The notes under the pieces: generated by a model
What the model saw: the letters and a program-made list of their open reading frames with translations, nothing else
What the model was told of the DNA's origin: nothing
Databases searched by the model: none
Assembly (NCBI GenBank): GCA_028717645.1
Contig: JAQUNK010000005.1
Location: forward strand, 1 to 63,731
Direction of reading: 5' to 3'
DNA length: 63,731 bases
Source: Candidatus Omnitrophota bacterium
Lineage (GTDB): Bacteria > Omnitrophota > Gorgyraeia > Gygaellales > JAMWDD01
Shown here: in pieces, positions 39,058-49,220 of the stretch
How positions within the stretch are numbered: position 1 is the first letter of the stretch
Layout: every line of letters begins with the position of its first letter
Position numbers and translations under genes: made by a program

Positions 39058-39705
39058 ATGTTTTTAGACAATAATTTCAAGATAGCCTTACTGGTTTCTT
39101 TGGGCATACACGGCATCGCCTTAGGGATATTCCCTATCTTCAGATCCCCGTATTTACGCAAAAATTTCGATAAAAAAATAGAAGTATCCTATATCAAAGC
39201 CAAGCCGGGATTAACGTTAAAAAGATCCGAAGGCCAGAAAAATAACATGAATTCACTGAAATTACCGCCTCCGACATATACAAAGAGAGAAGAAATAGCA
39301 AAAGAAAACCTGCTAAAAGTAAACAAACCGGAAGTAAAAATATCCGGGCAGGATTCTGCCCTAATCAGGACCAGAATTTCTATTCCGCCGGTCTCATCCA
39401 AAGAAATACGTAATCCCGGATACATCAGTTATTATCAGATCATCCGGGAAAAAATAAAAAGAGCGGCCTATCGGATGTACTCTAAGAAAGAGACGGGAGA
39501 AATATACCTTTCTTTTGCCGTAGACTCCGGCGGCGCATTAGAGGGCGTGCGCCTGATAGAGGAAAAATCCGCACAAAATCAATATTTAAGAGAGATCGCC
39601 CTTAGGAGCATACAGGTTGCCTCGCCTTTCCCGCGGTTCCCTAAAGAACTGGACTATCCTCAATTATCCTTCAACATCATTATTTCTTTTGAAGCCGAAA
39701 AATAA
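39058..39705 (+). CDS. TonB C-terminal-domain protein (energy transducer-like)
   Basis: N-terminal TM, Pro/Lys-rich linker, C-terminal GEIYLSFAVDSGGALEGVRLIEEKS...ASPFPRFP. Confidence 0.55.
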   Translation: MFLDNNFKIALLVSLGIHGIALGIFPIFRSPYLRKNFDKKIEVSYIKAKPGLTLKRSEGQKNNMNSLKLPPPTYTKREEIAKENLLKVNKPEVKISGQDSALIRTRISIPPVSSKEIRNPGYISYYQIIREKIKRAAYRMYSKKETGEIYLSFAVDSGGALEGVRLIEEKSAQNQYLREIALRSIQVASPFPRFPKELDYPQLSFNIIISFEAEK

Positions 39706-39738
39706 CCGGTAGCAAAACAACGCAACCCATACTTACTG

Positions 39739-39767
39739 TTGACATTACGCCATAAAGATGTTATATT
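39739..39767 (+). promoter_or_regulatory. Promoter of rpsU
   Basis: TTGACA (39739-44), 17 nt, TATATT (39762-67) with a TG extension (TGTTATATT). Confidence 0.55.
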
Positions 39768-39800
39768 AATTGTTTGCAATATAAAAAAGGAGAGAATTCT

Positions 39801-39965
39801 ATGCCTGAAATTGAAGTAAAAAAGGACGAGAGCTTTGAATCTGCTTTGCGCCGTTTTAAAAGAAAAATCGAGCAAGAAGGCATTCTAAGAGAGCTCAGAG
39901 ACCGCAAGCATTACGAAAAGCCAAGCGAAAAGAAAAGGAAAAAGAAGTCCCGAACTCGCCGTTAA
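39801..39965 (+). CDS. rpsU: 30S ribosomal protein S21
   Basis: [55 protein letters not shown]. The track start at 39774 is a spurious upstream TTG. Confidence 0.9.
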   Translation: MPEIEVKKDESFESALRRFKRKIEQEGILRELRDRKHYEKPSEKKRKKKSRTRR

Positions 39966-39966
39966 A

Positions 39967-40893
39967 ATGTCACTGGCTCTTTCTACAGCTTGGAATTATA
40001 CACACGCTAACCACGGCAAAGAAATAGTCGAAGAAATAAAGAAATTAGGCTTTGGTAAAATCGAGCTTAATTTTAGCCTCAACTCACGATTAGTCGATGA
40101 AATTGCCCGGATAGCCGAAAAAGGCGAAATAGAGATCACCAGCGTGCATAATTTCTGCCCTACCCCTGAAGGTTTAACCAGAGAACGCGCCCTTCCCGAC
40201 TGTTTTTCGCTGGCATCCTTAGACGAAACGCAAAGAGAAAGGGCTGTTTTTTACAGTAAAAGGTCCGTCGATACGGCGAAGAGATTAAAGGCAAAGGCGG
40301 TGGTCCTGCATAGTGGCAGAAATGAAATATCTGACCATACGCGGGAACTTATCGCTCTTTGGCAAAAAGGCCAGAAAGAAACTCCTGCATTTTCCGCTCT
40401 AAAAATTAAAATGCAGGAAGAAAGAAAACAGGTCGCCGTAGGGCATCTGGCACAAATATTAAAGTCACTGGAAGAATTGGCCCTCTATGCACAAGAACAA
40501 AAAATAGCCCTGGGCATTGAGAATCGTTTTTACTTCCGGGAGATACCCTCGCTTGAAGAAGTCGGTATTATCTTAGGAAAATTTAAAGATTTTCCGGTTT
40601 ATTATTGGCACGATAGCGGACATGCGAGAATATTTGAAAATCTAGGCCTGGTAAAAGAAAATGAATATCTGGACCTCTATGGCCACCGGTTGTTCGGGCT
40701 ACACCTGCATAATGTCTTGGGCTGTGTCGATCATCAATCGCCAAATAAGGGAGAGATAGACTTTAAAAGTTTTCTTCCCTATATCAAAAAAGAACACCTG
40801 AAGGTGATAGAATCTCACTCTCCCTTAGCCAGCGGCCAGGATTTAAAGGAAAGTAAGGGATATTTAGAGCGAACATTCGATGGTAAACTCTAA
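39967..40893 (+). CDS. Sugar phosphate isomerase/epimerase (xylose isomerase-like TIM barrel)
   Basis: AP_endonuc_2-type pattern (IELNF..., VVLHSG, LGIENR, WHDSGHA). Confidence 0.7.
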   Translation: MSLALSTAWNYTHANHGKEIVEEIKKLGFGKIELNFSLNSRLVDEIARIAEKGEIEITSVHNFCPTPEGLTRERALPDCFSLASLDETQRERAVFYSKRSVDTAKRLKAKAVVLHSGRNEISDHTRELIALWQKGQKETPAFSALKIKMQEERKQVAVGHLAQILKSLEELALYAQEQKIALGIENRFYFREIPSLEEVGIILGKFKDFPVYYWHDSGHARIFENLGLVKENEYLDLYGHRLFGLHLHNVLGCVDHQSPNKGEIDFKSFLPYIKKEHLKVIESHSPLASGQDLKESKGYLERTFDGKL

Positions 40894-41701
40894 ACTAAGG
40901 GTTCCTGCAGTTGCCGGCCAATTCTATCCTGCAAAAGATAAAGAATTAAGGGAGCAGATCCGATCTTTTGCGGACTGGCAAAAACAAAAGGATGATGTTG
41001 TTGGCTGCATGCTACCCCATGCCGGCTACGTGTATTCCGGGCAAGTCGCAGCAGAAGTTGTCTCCGGGATAAAGATAAAAGAGAATATCGTAATCCTGGG
41101 GCCGAACCATACCGGCTACGGCGAAATGTTCAGCCTGATGAACGAAGGCTCCTGGCAAACGCCCCTAGGGAACATCGAAGTTAACAATGCCCTGGCCAAG
41201 GCTATACTGAACGGCTCCAGGTTGATAAAAGAAGATACCCTGGCGCATGTTTACGAACATTCTATCGAGGTCGAACTGCCGTTTTTGCAGTTCCAGGCCA
41301 AAGACTTCAAGATCACACCCATCATCGTCGGGCCTACGGGCTTAGAGGACTATAAAGAAGTAGGCCAAGCGATTGCCAAGGCAATACTAGATAATAATTT
41401 AAAAAGTTCCACGCTCATCATTGCCAGTTCCGACATGACGCATTACGAAGCTCAAAATACGGCAAAAGAAAAAGACACAAAGGCCATAGAAGCCGTTTTA
41501 AATCTGGATGAAGATGCGCTTTGGCGAAATATCCACAAACTGGATATTTCCATGTGCGGCTATGCGCCGACGATCATCATGTTGGTAGCGGCAAAAATTT
41601 TGGGGGCCAAAAAGGCCAGTTTAATCAAATATCAAACCTCTGGCGACGTCACGAAGGATTTCTCTTCGGTCGTGGGTTACGCCGGAATAACCGTTTACTA
41701 A
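40880..41701 (+). CDS. MEMO1-family protein (AmmeMemoRadiSam system protein B)
   Basis: VPAVAGQFYP...MLPHAGYVYSG...ILGPNH...SSDMTHY. Confidence 0.8.
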   Translation: MVNSKLRVPAVAGQFYPAKDKELREQIRSFADWQKQKDDVVGCMLPHAGYVYSGQVAAEVVSGIKIKENIVILGPNHTGYGEMFSLMNEGSWQTPLGNIEVNNALAKAILNGSRLIKEDTLAHVYEHSIEVELPFLQFQAKDFKITPIIVGPTGLEDYKEVGQAIAKAILDNNLKSSTLIIASSDMTHYEAQNTAKEKDTKAIEAVLNLDEDALWRNIHKLDISMCGYAPTIIMLVAAKILGAKKASLIKYQTSGDVTKDFSSVVGYAGITVY

Positions 41702-41702
41702 A

Positions 41703-41981
41703 ATGGAAGAAAATAAAAAAGAACAGGCACTGCCGGAACCGGATTTTAACTTTTTCATCAGCACCTTAGCCATGCAGGTTTCTATTTTTTTAGGCGAAAT
41801 GCCCAATCCAGTAAACAACCAAAAGGAAGAAAACTTGCCCCAGGCAAAATTTATCATTGATACCCTGGATATGTTGAAGAACAAAACCAAGGGGAACTTG
41901 AACAAAGAAGAAGAAGGTTTACTGGAAAACATTCTTTATAACTTAAGGCTGCTTTATTTAGAAAAAACAAAAATTAAATAG
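41703..41981 (+). CDS. DUF1844 domain protein
   Basis: FNFFISTLAMQVSIFLGEMPNP...AKFIIDTLDMLKNKTKGNL. Confidence 0.65.
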   Translation: MEENKKEQALPEPDFNFFISTLAMQVSIFLGEMPNPVNNQKEENLPQAKFIIDTLDMLKNKTKGNLNKEEEGLLENILYNLRLLYLEKTKIK

Positions 41982-41996
41982 TCCATAGAGGTAGAG

Positions 41997-42164
41997 ATGA
42001 TCGATAAAGAATTGCTGGATATACTTGCCTGCCCGGACTGCAAAGGCGACGTAGAACTAAGAGAAAACAAAATAGTTTGTAAAAAATGCGGAAAAAAATA
42101 CCCGGTAAAAGACGGTATACCGATAATGTTGATCGACGAAGCAGAAGACCCCGGAAAAAAGTAA
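41997..42164 (+). CDS. Trm112/UPF0434 family zinc-ribbon protein (55 aa)
   Basis: Not in the ORF track. MIDKELLDILACPDCKGDVEL...VCKKCGKKYPVKDGIPIMLIDEA is the Trm112p-like signature. Confidence 0.7.
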   Translation: MIDKELLDILACPDCKGDVELRENKIVCKKCGKKYPVKDGIPIMLIDEAEDPGKK

Positions 42165-42190
42165 GAAATAAAAAATAAGAGGTAAGCGCT

Positions 42191-42631
42191 ATGAAGAAGA
42201 TTCTAGTTATACACGGTCCGAATCTGGACTTGCTCGGCAAAAGAGAGCCGGAAGTTTACGGTAAGACAACCCTGGCCAAGATCAATCAGGAACTGGAAAA
42301 AATAGCAAAAGCAAAAAAGGTTTCTTTAAAAATCGTACAATCGAATCATGAAGGCGAGATAGTCGACTTGATCGGAAAAAATAAAGAGAAATTTGACGCG
42401 CTACTGATTAACCCTGCCGCCTACACGCATACCTCAGTCGCTATCAGGGATGCTATTGCCGCCTGCGGGATCCCCACTGTAGAAGTCCACCTTTCTAATA
42501 TCTACTCCCGTGAAGAATTCAGGCATAATTCACTCATCGCCGCAGTAGCCAAAGGCCAGATCGCCGGCTTCGGCATAAACAGCTATATCTTGGGCCTGGA
42601 AGCGGCCATATCGCTCGTCACAAAAACATAA
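42191..42631 (+). CDS. aroQ: Type II 3-dehydroquinate dehydratase
   Basis: [21 protein letters not shown]...[10 protein letters not shown]...[16 protein letters not shown]. Confidence 0.9.
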   Translation: MKKILVIHGPNLDLLGKREPEVYGKTTLAKINQELEKIAKAKKVSLKIVQSNHEGEIVDLIGKNKEKFDALLINPAAYTHTSVAIRDAIAACGIPTVEVHLSNIYSREEFRHNSLIAAVAKGQIAGFGINSYILGLEAAISLVTKT

Positions 42632-42638
42632 TCTACGG

Positions 42639-43703
42639 ATGACCGACCGTATCGAGAAAATACCCCAGGAACTGAACTTACAAGGGTTAGATGCGCTGCT
42701 TATTTCTAGCCTTCCGAATATCCGCTACCTCACCTGCTACGAGGCTCGCGATGCTTATCTTCTGGTTTCTGCCAAAAAAAACGTCTTCATTACCGACTTT
42801 CGCTATCTTTATGAAGCCAGAAAGAATCTAAAAGGGATCCAGGTCCAGCTGATCAACGGCTCGCTGTTTAAAACCATTGCCCGGACCGCCAAAGAGCTGA
42901 AAATTAAAAGGCTCGGCTTTGAATCGAAAAACCTTGTTTATGCTGAACAGCAGAAAATAAGGGAAGAGCTGGATGAAAAAATAGGATTCCTGCCCACTTT
43001 TGATCTGATCGAAGGCCTACGTAAAATAAAAAGCCCGCAGGAATTGAAAAAGATCAAGACCGCTACCCGTATTGCCACAAGCGCCATGCAGTTTGCCAAA
43101 AGACTGCTTAAACCGGGCCTAAGCGAAATAGACGTGGTCTTTGAAATAGAGCGCTTTATCCGACTGGAACATGGATGTAAACCATCCTTTGATATCATCG
43201 TGGCTTCCGGCCCGAATTCCAGCTTCCCGCACCATATCAGCTCCGAGCGTAAGTTATTGAAAAATGAACCAGTTCTGATAGATTTAGGGGTAGACTTTCA
43301 GGGCTATAAATCCGACTTGACAAGGGTGTTCTTTTTAGGTAAAATACCTGCCTACGCCAGAGAAATTTATGAGATAGTTTTAGCGGCTCAAAAGTCGGCA
43401 ATAAGCGAAATTCAAGCGGGGAATCCCATAGGAAGTATAGATAACAAAGCTCGCCAAATTATCGCACAAAAAGGCTACGCTAAGAATTTTGGGCATGCCC
43501 TTGGCCATGGGATCGGCCTTGAGGTCCATGAAGAACCGCACATTTATGGCAAATCAAGCGAAGAATTGACCGAAAATATGGTTTTCACCATAGAGCCGGC
43601 AATTTATCTTCCGGGTAAATTTGGGATAAGGATAGAAGACATGGTTTGGGTCAAGCAAAAAGGAAGTGAGGTTTTAAGTGGCAATCTCGATAAACGAATT
43701 TAA
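42639..43703 (+). CDS. pepP: Xaa-Pro aminopeptidase (M24B)
   Basis: Creatinase N-domain plus pita-bread motifs (DLGVDFQGYKSDLTR, GHGIGLEVHE, TIEPAIY). Confidence 0.85.
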   Translation: MTDRIEKIPQELNLQGLDALLISSLPNIRYLTCYEARDAYLLVSAKKNVFITDFRYLYEARKNLKGIQVQLINGSLFKTIARTAKELKIKRLGFESKNLVYAEQQKIREELDEKIGFLPTFDLIEGLRKIKSPQELKKIKTATRIATSAMQFAKRLLKPGLSEIDVVFEIERFIRLEHGCKPSFDIIVASGPNSSFPHHISSERKLLKNEPVLIDLGVDFQGYKSDLTRVFFLGKIPAYAREIYEIVLAAQKSAISEIQAGNPIGSIDNKARQIIAQKGYAKNFGHALGHGIGLEVHEEPHIYGKSSEELTENMVFTIEPAIYLPGKFGIRIEDMVWVKQKGSEVLSGNLDKRI

Positions 43704-44244
43704 GAACGGCTTAACCGTATTGGTAGACAATGAGGTCTGGATGGTCATTGAATTCCATCATGTTAAACCCGGTAAGGGCGCTGCCTTTGTCAGGGTAAAA
43801 CTACGGAATTTACGCACGGACAATGTCCTGGAGCGGACCTTCAGGGGCGATGAAAAGATACAGGATGTATTTGTAGAAGAACGCAAACTCCAATATCAGT
43901 ATAATAGCGGCGATATCTACCACTTCATGGACCAGGAAAACTATGAAGAAGTGGGCATTTCCAAAGATACACTCGGCGAAAGCATTAAATTCTTACAGGA
44001 CAATGCCGAAGTGAAAGCCTATTATTATAAAGATCAGGTGCTTTATGTAAGCCTGCCCAATTTTATCCATGTCGCAGTCACTCATACCGAGCCAGGGATA
44101 AAAGGAGATACCGCCAAAAGTGGAATGAAGCCTGCGACCATCGAAACCGGGGCCACGATCTCGGTACCTTTATTTATCGACGTAGGCAATATCATCAAGG
44201 TAGATACGCGCAGTGGGACCTACGTAGAAAGATCAAGGGAATGA
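43678..44244 (+). CDS. efp: Elongation factor P
   Basis: GTG start. FKNGLTVLVDNEVWMVIEFHHVKPGKGAAFVRVKLRNL. Confidence 0.95.
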   Translation: MAISINEFKNGLTVLVDNEVWMVIEFHHVKPGKGAAFVRVKLRNLRTDNVLERTFRGDEKIQDVFVEERKLQYQYNSGDIYHFMDQENYEEVGISKDTLGESIKFLQDNAEVKAYYYKDQVLYVSLPNFIHVAVTHTEPGIKGDTAKSGMKPATIETGATISVPLFIDVGNIIKVDTRSGTYVERSRE

Positions 44245-44281
44245 ATTTGCCACTCGGGATAAATTCAATAAGGAGTAGAGC

Positions 44282-44734
44282 ATGAATCTGAAAGAAATAA
44301 AAGAAATGATCGCGCTGATGAATGATAACGGCTTAATGGAGCTGGAGATAGAAAAAGAAGGCATGCGCATTAAATTAAAAAAGACTTCCCTCGAACAACA
44401 AGCCGGGCCTGGCCCGATCATCGTAGAAAGAGAAAGGGTCCAAGAAGCAAGGCCAAGAGAAGAAACCAAACAGCCGGCACAGGCCTCTTCAAAAACCATA
44501 GAAATAAAAGCGCCTATGGTCGGCACGTTCTACCGCGCACCCGCGCCGGAAGCCGCACCCTTTGTCGAAATCGGACAGGTTATTTCACCGGGCGATGTCA
44601 TCTGCATCATTGAAGCCATGAAGCTGATGAATGAGATCAAAGCGGAAGTAAAAGGAAAAATCATCGAAGTCCTCGTAGATAACGCCGAACCTGTAGAATT
44701 TGGCCAACCTATGTTCTTAATCGAGGTTTTGTAA
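44282..44734 (+). CDS. accB: Acetyl-CoA carboxylase biotin carboxyl carrier protein
   Basis: C-terminal biotinyl domain with the EAMKLMNEI motif. Confidence 0.9.
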   Translation: MNLKEIKEMIALMNDNGLMELEIEKEGMRIKLKKTSLEQQAGPGPIIVERERVQEARPREETKQPAQASSKTIEIKAPMVGTFYRAPAPEAAPFVEIGQVISPGDVICIIEAMKLMNEIKAEVKGKIIEVLVDNAEPVEFGQPMFLIEVL

Positions 44735-46095
44735 TGTTTTCAAAAGTATTGATTGCAAACCGCGGAGAAATCGCACTACGCATCATCCGCGCTTGCAAAG
44801 AATTAGGTATCCGTACAGTAGCAATATATTCCCAAGCTGACCGTGATTCTCTGCACGTACGCTTTGCCGATGAGGCCATCTGCATCGGCCAGGCATCCTC
44901 AAGCTCCAGCTACCTGAATATCCCAGCCGTAATCAGCGCTGCGGAGATCGCCGATGTCGAGGCCATACATCCTGGTTACGGATTCCTTGCGGAAAATCCC
45001 CATTTCGCGGAAATCTGCGAATCCTGCAAAATTACTTTTATCGGCCCCACGCCCGAAAACATCCGGCTGATGGGAGATAAAATGCTTGCCCGCACCACCG
45101 TGCACAAGGCGGGCCTGCCGATCATCGAAGGCTCAACCGGCATAATCAAAGATAAAGAAGAAGCACTCAAAACTGCCAAGAGAATAGGTTATCCCGTCAT
45201 CATAAAAGCAGCAGCCGGCGGAGGCGGAAAAGGGATGCGCATCTGCCATAACGATATTTCCCTAATCAGCTCGATCATGACCGCGCAGTCAGAGGCAGAA
45301 GCGAATTTCGGAAACCCCAGCGTTTATATCGAAAAGTATATTGAAAACCCCCGACATATAGAAATACAGGTCCTGGCGGATAAAAAAGGCAATGCCGTGC
45401 ATTTATTCGAAAGGGACTGCAGTATTCAGAGGCGCCACCAGAAATTGGTGGAGGAATCTCCGTCGGTCGCAGTAGACAATAAATTACGTAAGCGCCTGGG
45501 CGACCTGGCGCTGCGCGCAATCAAGGCGGTGAATTATGTCAGCGCCGGAACGATAGAATTCCTGCTGGATAAGAACCATAACTTTTATTTTATGGAAATG
45601 AATACGCGTATCCAGGTAGAGCATCCAGTGACCGAGGCAGTGATAGGGCTGGATTTGATCAAGGAACAGATCCGTATTGCGGCCGGAGAAAAACTGGATC
45701 TCAAACAGGAAGATATTAAAATAACCGGCGCGGCGATCGAGTGCCGGATCAACGCGGAAGACCCGGAGAATAATTTCTCTCCTTGCCCGGGAAAAATAGA
45801 AACGCTGAATCTGCCCGGAGGCCCGGGAATAAGGGTAGATACCCATGTCTATCCGGGATATACCATCAGCCCGTTCTATGATTCGCTAATCGCCAAATTA
45901 ATTACGCACGGACGCGACAGGCATGAGGCCATACAAAAAATGAAGCGCGCGCTGGAAGAATTTATTATCGAACCCATAAAGACGACTATCCCGTTCCATA
46001 AGGAGCTAATGAATAACGCTCTTTTCCTGCGCGGTGAGATTTCTACGCATTTCATCCAGGATATGCTCAAAGCAAAAACAAACGTGGAGGAATGA
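44734..46095 (+). CDS. accC: Acetyl-CoA carboxylase biotin carboxylase subunit
   Basis: [31 protein letters not shown] and [14 protein letters not shown]. Confidence 0.95.
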   Translation: MFSKVLIANRGEIALRIIRACKELGIRTVAIYSQADRDSLHVRFADEAICIGQASSSSSYLNIPAVISAAEIADVEAIHPGYGFLAENPHFAEICESCKITFIGPTPENIRLMGDKMLARTTVHKAGLPIIEGSTGIIKDKEEALKTAKRIGYPVIIKAAAGGGGKGMRICHNDISLISSIMTAQSEAEANFGNPSVYIEKYIENPRHIEIQVLADKKGNAVHLFERDCSIQRRHQKLVEESPSVAVDNKLRKRLGDLALRAIKAVNYVSAGTIEFLLDKNHNFYFMEMNTRIQVEHPVTEAVIGLDLIKEQIRIAAGEKLDLKQEDIKITGAAIECRINAEDPENNFSPCPGKIETLNLPGGPGIRVDTHVYPGYTISPFYDSLIAKLITHGRDRHEAIQKMKRALEEFIIEPIKTTIPFHKELMNNALFLRGEISTHFIQDMLKAKTNVEE

Positions 46096-46445
46096 TGCTT
46101 AAAGAAGAATCATTTTATGGATCTGATAGTGTGAAAATAAACGCCCGGGCGATTGCTTCAATAGCATACCTGGCGGCTACCGAGATAGAAGGCGTAAAAC
46201 GCATTGCCAGAGATTTTAGGACCACGCTCGAAGAATTCATCGGCCACAAGGGTCATGCCGGTATAAGGGTAAAATTAGATAAGAACAATGAAGTAAGAAT
46301 AAAAATTTCCTTGATAATGAAATACGGTTACGATATTCCCGACGTAGCGACCAAGGTCCAGGAAAATGTTTATCGGGCGATAGAAAAAATGGCAGGCATA
46401 ACCGTAAAAGATATAGATATCAATGTACGCGGAGTAGAAAAGTAA
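46092..46445 (+). CDS. Asp23/Gls24 family envelope stress protein
   Basis: [18 protein letters not shown] and a 117-aa Asp23 layout. Follows accC as in many bacteria. Confidence 0.8.
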   Translation: MMLKEESFYGSDSVKINARAIASIAYLAATEIEGVKRIARDFRTTLEEFIGHKGHAGIRVKLDKNNEVRIKISLIMKYGYDIPDVATKVQENVYRAIEKMAGITVKDIDINVRGVEK

Positions 46446-46494
46446 ACGAGGCCACAACTTATGGAGCGAAAGCGAACATAGAAGGAGGAAAGCA

Positions 46495-47094
46495 ATGAAA
46501 TTCTTGACCATAATCGGCGTAGGTTTTTATGTGATCGTGATCAGCTTGATCAGCACTCTATTAATACTTTTTAGCCTGCATATACTCGCCGTGCAAGACG
46601 TAACTATGGTTCTCTCGCTTTTATACACGGATAATAGTTACCGTATAATTTCCGGCCTTGTAGGTCTGTTGCTGATCCTTTTGAGCCTTTCCTTTGCCCA
46701 GTTGATCCTGGGAAAAATGCAAAAAGAAAGGACCATCGCCTTCAATAGCCCTTCCGGCCGCGTGACCGTAGCACTTTCCGCAGTAGAGGACCTGATCAAA
46801 AGGATGTGCGCTTCTATCCCAGAGGTCAAGGAACTGCGACCCTATGTTATTGCCGGCAAGCGCGGCATAGAGATCGACCTAAAAGTGATCCTACGCTCAG
46901 AAATAAATATTCCGGAATTGACCACGCGTTTGCAGGACATGATAAAGAACAGGCTGCAGGATATTTTAGGTATCGATGAACAAATCGTGGTGCGTATCCA
47001 TGTGGCAAAGATAGTATCTGTTGAAGAAAAAGACAAAAAGGCGAAAAAAGAATTTGAGAAAACTACACCCAATATGCCTTTTAGCGGGTTCTAA
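46495..47094 (+). CDS. Membrane anchor protein, AmaP-like
   Basis: Two N-terminal TMs plus an Asp23-like soluble domain. Adjacent to the Asp23 gene. Confidence 0.5.
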   Translation: MKFLTIIGVGFYVIVISLISTLLILFSLHILAVQDVTMVLSLLYTDNSYRIISGLVGLLLILLSLSFAQLILGKMQKERTIAFNSPSGRVTVALSAVEDLIKRMCASIPEVKELRPYVIAGKRGIEIDLKVILRSEINIPELTTRLQDMIKNRLQDILGIDEQIVVRIHVAKIVSVEEKDKKAKKEFEKTTPNMPFSGF

Positions 47095-47114
47095 GTAAAG
47101 GAGGAATAGGGACA

Positions 47115-48146
47115 ATGCCAAGAATTGGAATTCTTACCGGCGGAGGTGACTGCCCTGGTTTAAATCCGGTTATCCGGGCAGTAGTCAGAAAAGCAATTAA
47201 CGAAGGCTACGAAGTCATAGGATTCAAGAACGGCTGGAAAGGCCTTATTGAAAACGATACGATGGCACTTGATTTAGCGTCGATCTCAGGAATATTGCCC
47301 AAGGGCGGGACTATCCTGGGTACATCCCGAACCAATCCTTATAAAAAAGAAGGCGGCGTAGCAAAGGTAAAAGAAAATTTCCAAAAGATGGATTTAAACG
47401 CCCTGGTTGCCGTGGGCGGTGAAGATACCCTGGGTGTTGCCTCAAAACTCACAAAAGACGGGATCTCCAATATCGTGGGCGTACCTAAAACCATTGATAA
47501 TGACTTATCCAGCACGGATTATACCTTCGGTTTTGATACCGCATTAAATACCGCCACAGAATGCATCGACCGGTTACACACTACTGCCGAGAGCCATCAC
47601 CGCGTAATGGTCGTTGAGGTAATGGGCAGGCATGCAGGTTGGATCGCAGTAGAATCAGGGATCGCCGGAGGCGCAGACTTTATACTTATACCGGAACTAC
47701 CTATAGATATCGAAGAGGTCTGTGCATCGATCAAGAAAAGACACTCACGGGGAAAAACTTTCAGCATCATCGTGGTTTCCGAAGGAGCGCAATTTAAAGA
47801 AGGAACGTTTGTGCTTCAAGAAGAAAAACTTGATGAATTCGGCCATGTAAGGCTTGGCGGGATCGGAGAAAAGTTAGCCGGAGAAATTGAAAAAAAGACC
47901 GGGTACGAGACCAGGGTCACCGTGCTTGGACACATACAAAGAGGCGGTACACCCACTGCCTTTGACCGCATCCTCGGTACGCGCTTCGGCATAAGGGCCG
48001 TAGAATTGGTAAAACAGAAAAAATTCGGCAGGATGGTCGCCCTTTCCGGAAATAAAATAATCGACGTACCGCTAGAAAACGCGGTAGCCGCTTTAAAAAC
48101 GGTAGACATGGAACTTTATGAAGTAGCCAAAGTATTCTTTGGCTAA
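47115..48146 (+). CDS. pfk: 6-phosphofructokinase (residue signature suggests PPi-dependent)
   Basis: GGDCPGLN, GGEDT (Asp at the E. coli Gly104 position), PKTIDND (Lys at the Gly124 position), MGR. Confidence 0.9.
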   Translation: MPRIGILTGGGDCPGLNPVIRAVVRKAINEGYEVIGFKNGWKGLIENDTMALDLASISGILPKGGTILGTSRTNPYKKEGGVAKVKENFQKMDLNALVAVGGEDTLGVASKLTKDGISNIVGVPKTIDNDLSSTDYTFGFDTALNTATECIDRLHTTAESHHRVMVVEVMGRHAGWIAVESGIAGGADFILIPELPIDIEEVCASIKKRHSRGKTFSIIVVSEGAQFKEGTFVLQEEKLDEFGHVRLGGIGEKLAGEIEKKTGYETRVTVLGHIQRGGTPTAFDRILGTRFGIRAVELVKQKKFGRMVALSGNKIIDVPLENAVAALKTVDMELYEVAKVFFG

Positions 48147-48158
48147 AAGGATAAACCC

Positions 48159-48734
48159 ATGAGAGACACGATCAAAGACATAATTTTAGAGAGTATCCAC
48201 GTCAAAGAAGAAATTATGCGCAATAAGATCCCCGAGATCCTGGATATAGCTGATGCGTTCATCACCACGCTAAAGAAGGGCGGCAAGATCATCTTCTTCG
48301 GCAACGGGGGAAGCGCCGCAGACAGCCAACACCTGGCTGCAGAACTGGTAGGCAGGTTCAAAAAAGACAGGGGCGCCTTGGCTGCCCTTGCGCTCACTAC
48401 CAACAGTTCTATCATTACTTCTTTAAGCAACGACTATGGCTATGAAATAGTCTTCGCCAAGCAGATCGAGGGACTGGGGAGCAAAAACGACCTGGCCATA
48501 GGCATATCCACCAGCGGGAAAGCTAAAAACGTCATCGCCGCGATCAAACAGGCAAAAAAAATGGGGCTAAAAACCATCGCCCTTACCGGTAAAGACGGCG
48601 GAGAGTTGGCCAAAGTTGCGGATATCTCATTTATTGTCCCCTCCGAAATCACGGCGCGTATCCAGGAAGCACACATCACCGTCGGACATGTTATCTGCGA
48701 GTTGGTTGAGGGAGAATTATCTAAGAACGGATAA
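48159..48734 (+). CDS. gmhA: D-sedoheptulose-7-phosphate isomerase
   Basis: GNGGSAADSQHLAAELVGRF and ISTSGKAKN (SIS domain). Confidence 0.9.
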   Translation: MRDTIKDIILESIHVKEEIMRNKIPEILDIADAFITTLKKGGKIIFFGNGGSAADSQHLAAELVGRFKKDRGALAALALTTNSSIITSLSNDYGYEIVFAKQIEGLGSKNDLAIGISTSGKAKNVIAAIKQAKKMGLKTIALTGKDGGELAKVADISFIVPSEITARIQEAHITVGHVICELVEGELSKNG

Positions 48735-48740
48735 AAATTT

Positions 48741-49220
48741 ATGCTGGAGCAGAAGATAAAAAATAGCGTTTCTTTGGTAAAAATATGCCGCCGCCTTAAA
48801 AAGCAGCGCAAAAAAGTGGTCTTTACCAACGGCTGTTTCGACATCCTGCATTACGGCCATGTGAAATATTTAGAAGACGCCAAAAAGAAGGGGGATGTCC
48901 TTATCGTGGCGCTCAATTCCGATTCTTCGATAAGAAGGATTAAAGGGCCGAACAGGCCATTGGTGAATGAAAAAGACAGGATCAGGATCATCGCTGCCTT
49001 AGAAAGCGTAAATTATACATTGTTATTCAATGAAACTACTCCTCTGGTCCTGATCAAAAAAATAAAACCGGATGTACTGGTAAAAGGCGCGGATTGGTGC
49101 AAATGCGATATAGTGGGCGCGGATTTCGTGCATTCTTATGGCGGGAAGGTCTCAACGATCGCCCTGGCCCAGAACCGCTCGACGACAAAATTGATCAAGA
49201 AAATTGTTCAAAGATTTTGA
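48741..49220 (+). CDS. D-glycero-beta-D-manno-heptose-1-phosphate adenylyltransferase (RfaE/HldE domain II)
   Basis: VVFTNGCFDILHYGHVKYLEDAK cytidylyltransferase HxGH motif. 159 aa, no kinase domain. Confidence 0.85.
   Translation: MLEQKIKNSVSLVKICRRLKKQRKKVVFTNGCFDILHYGHVKYLEDAKKKGDVLIVALNSDSSIRRIKGPNRPLVNEKDRIRIIAALESVNYTLLFNETTPLVLIKKIKPDVLVKGADWCKCDIVGADFVHSYGGKVSTIALAQNRSTTKLIKKIVQRF

Noticed and set aside
42191-47094. The aroQ-pepP-efp-accB-accC-asp23-amaP block considered as a candidate novel cluster.
   Set aside because: This order is a widely conserved housekeeping synteny. It is comparable to B. subtilis yqhS-yqhT-efp...accB-accC-yqhY as I recall, so it is not novel.
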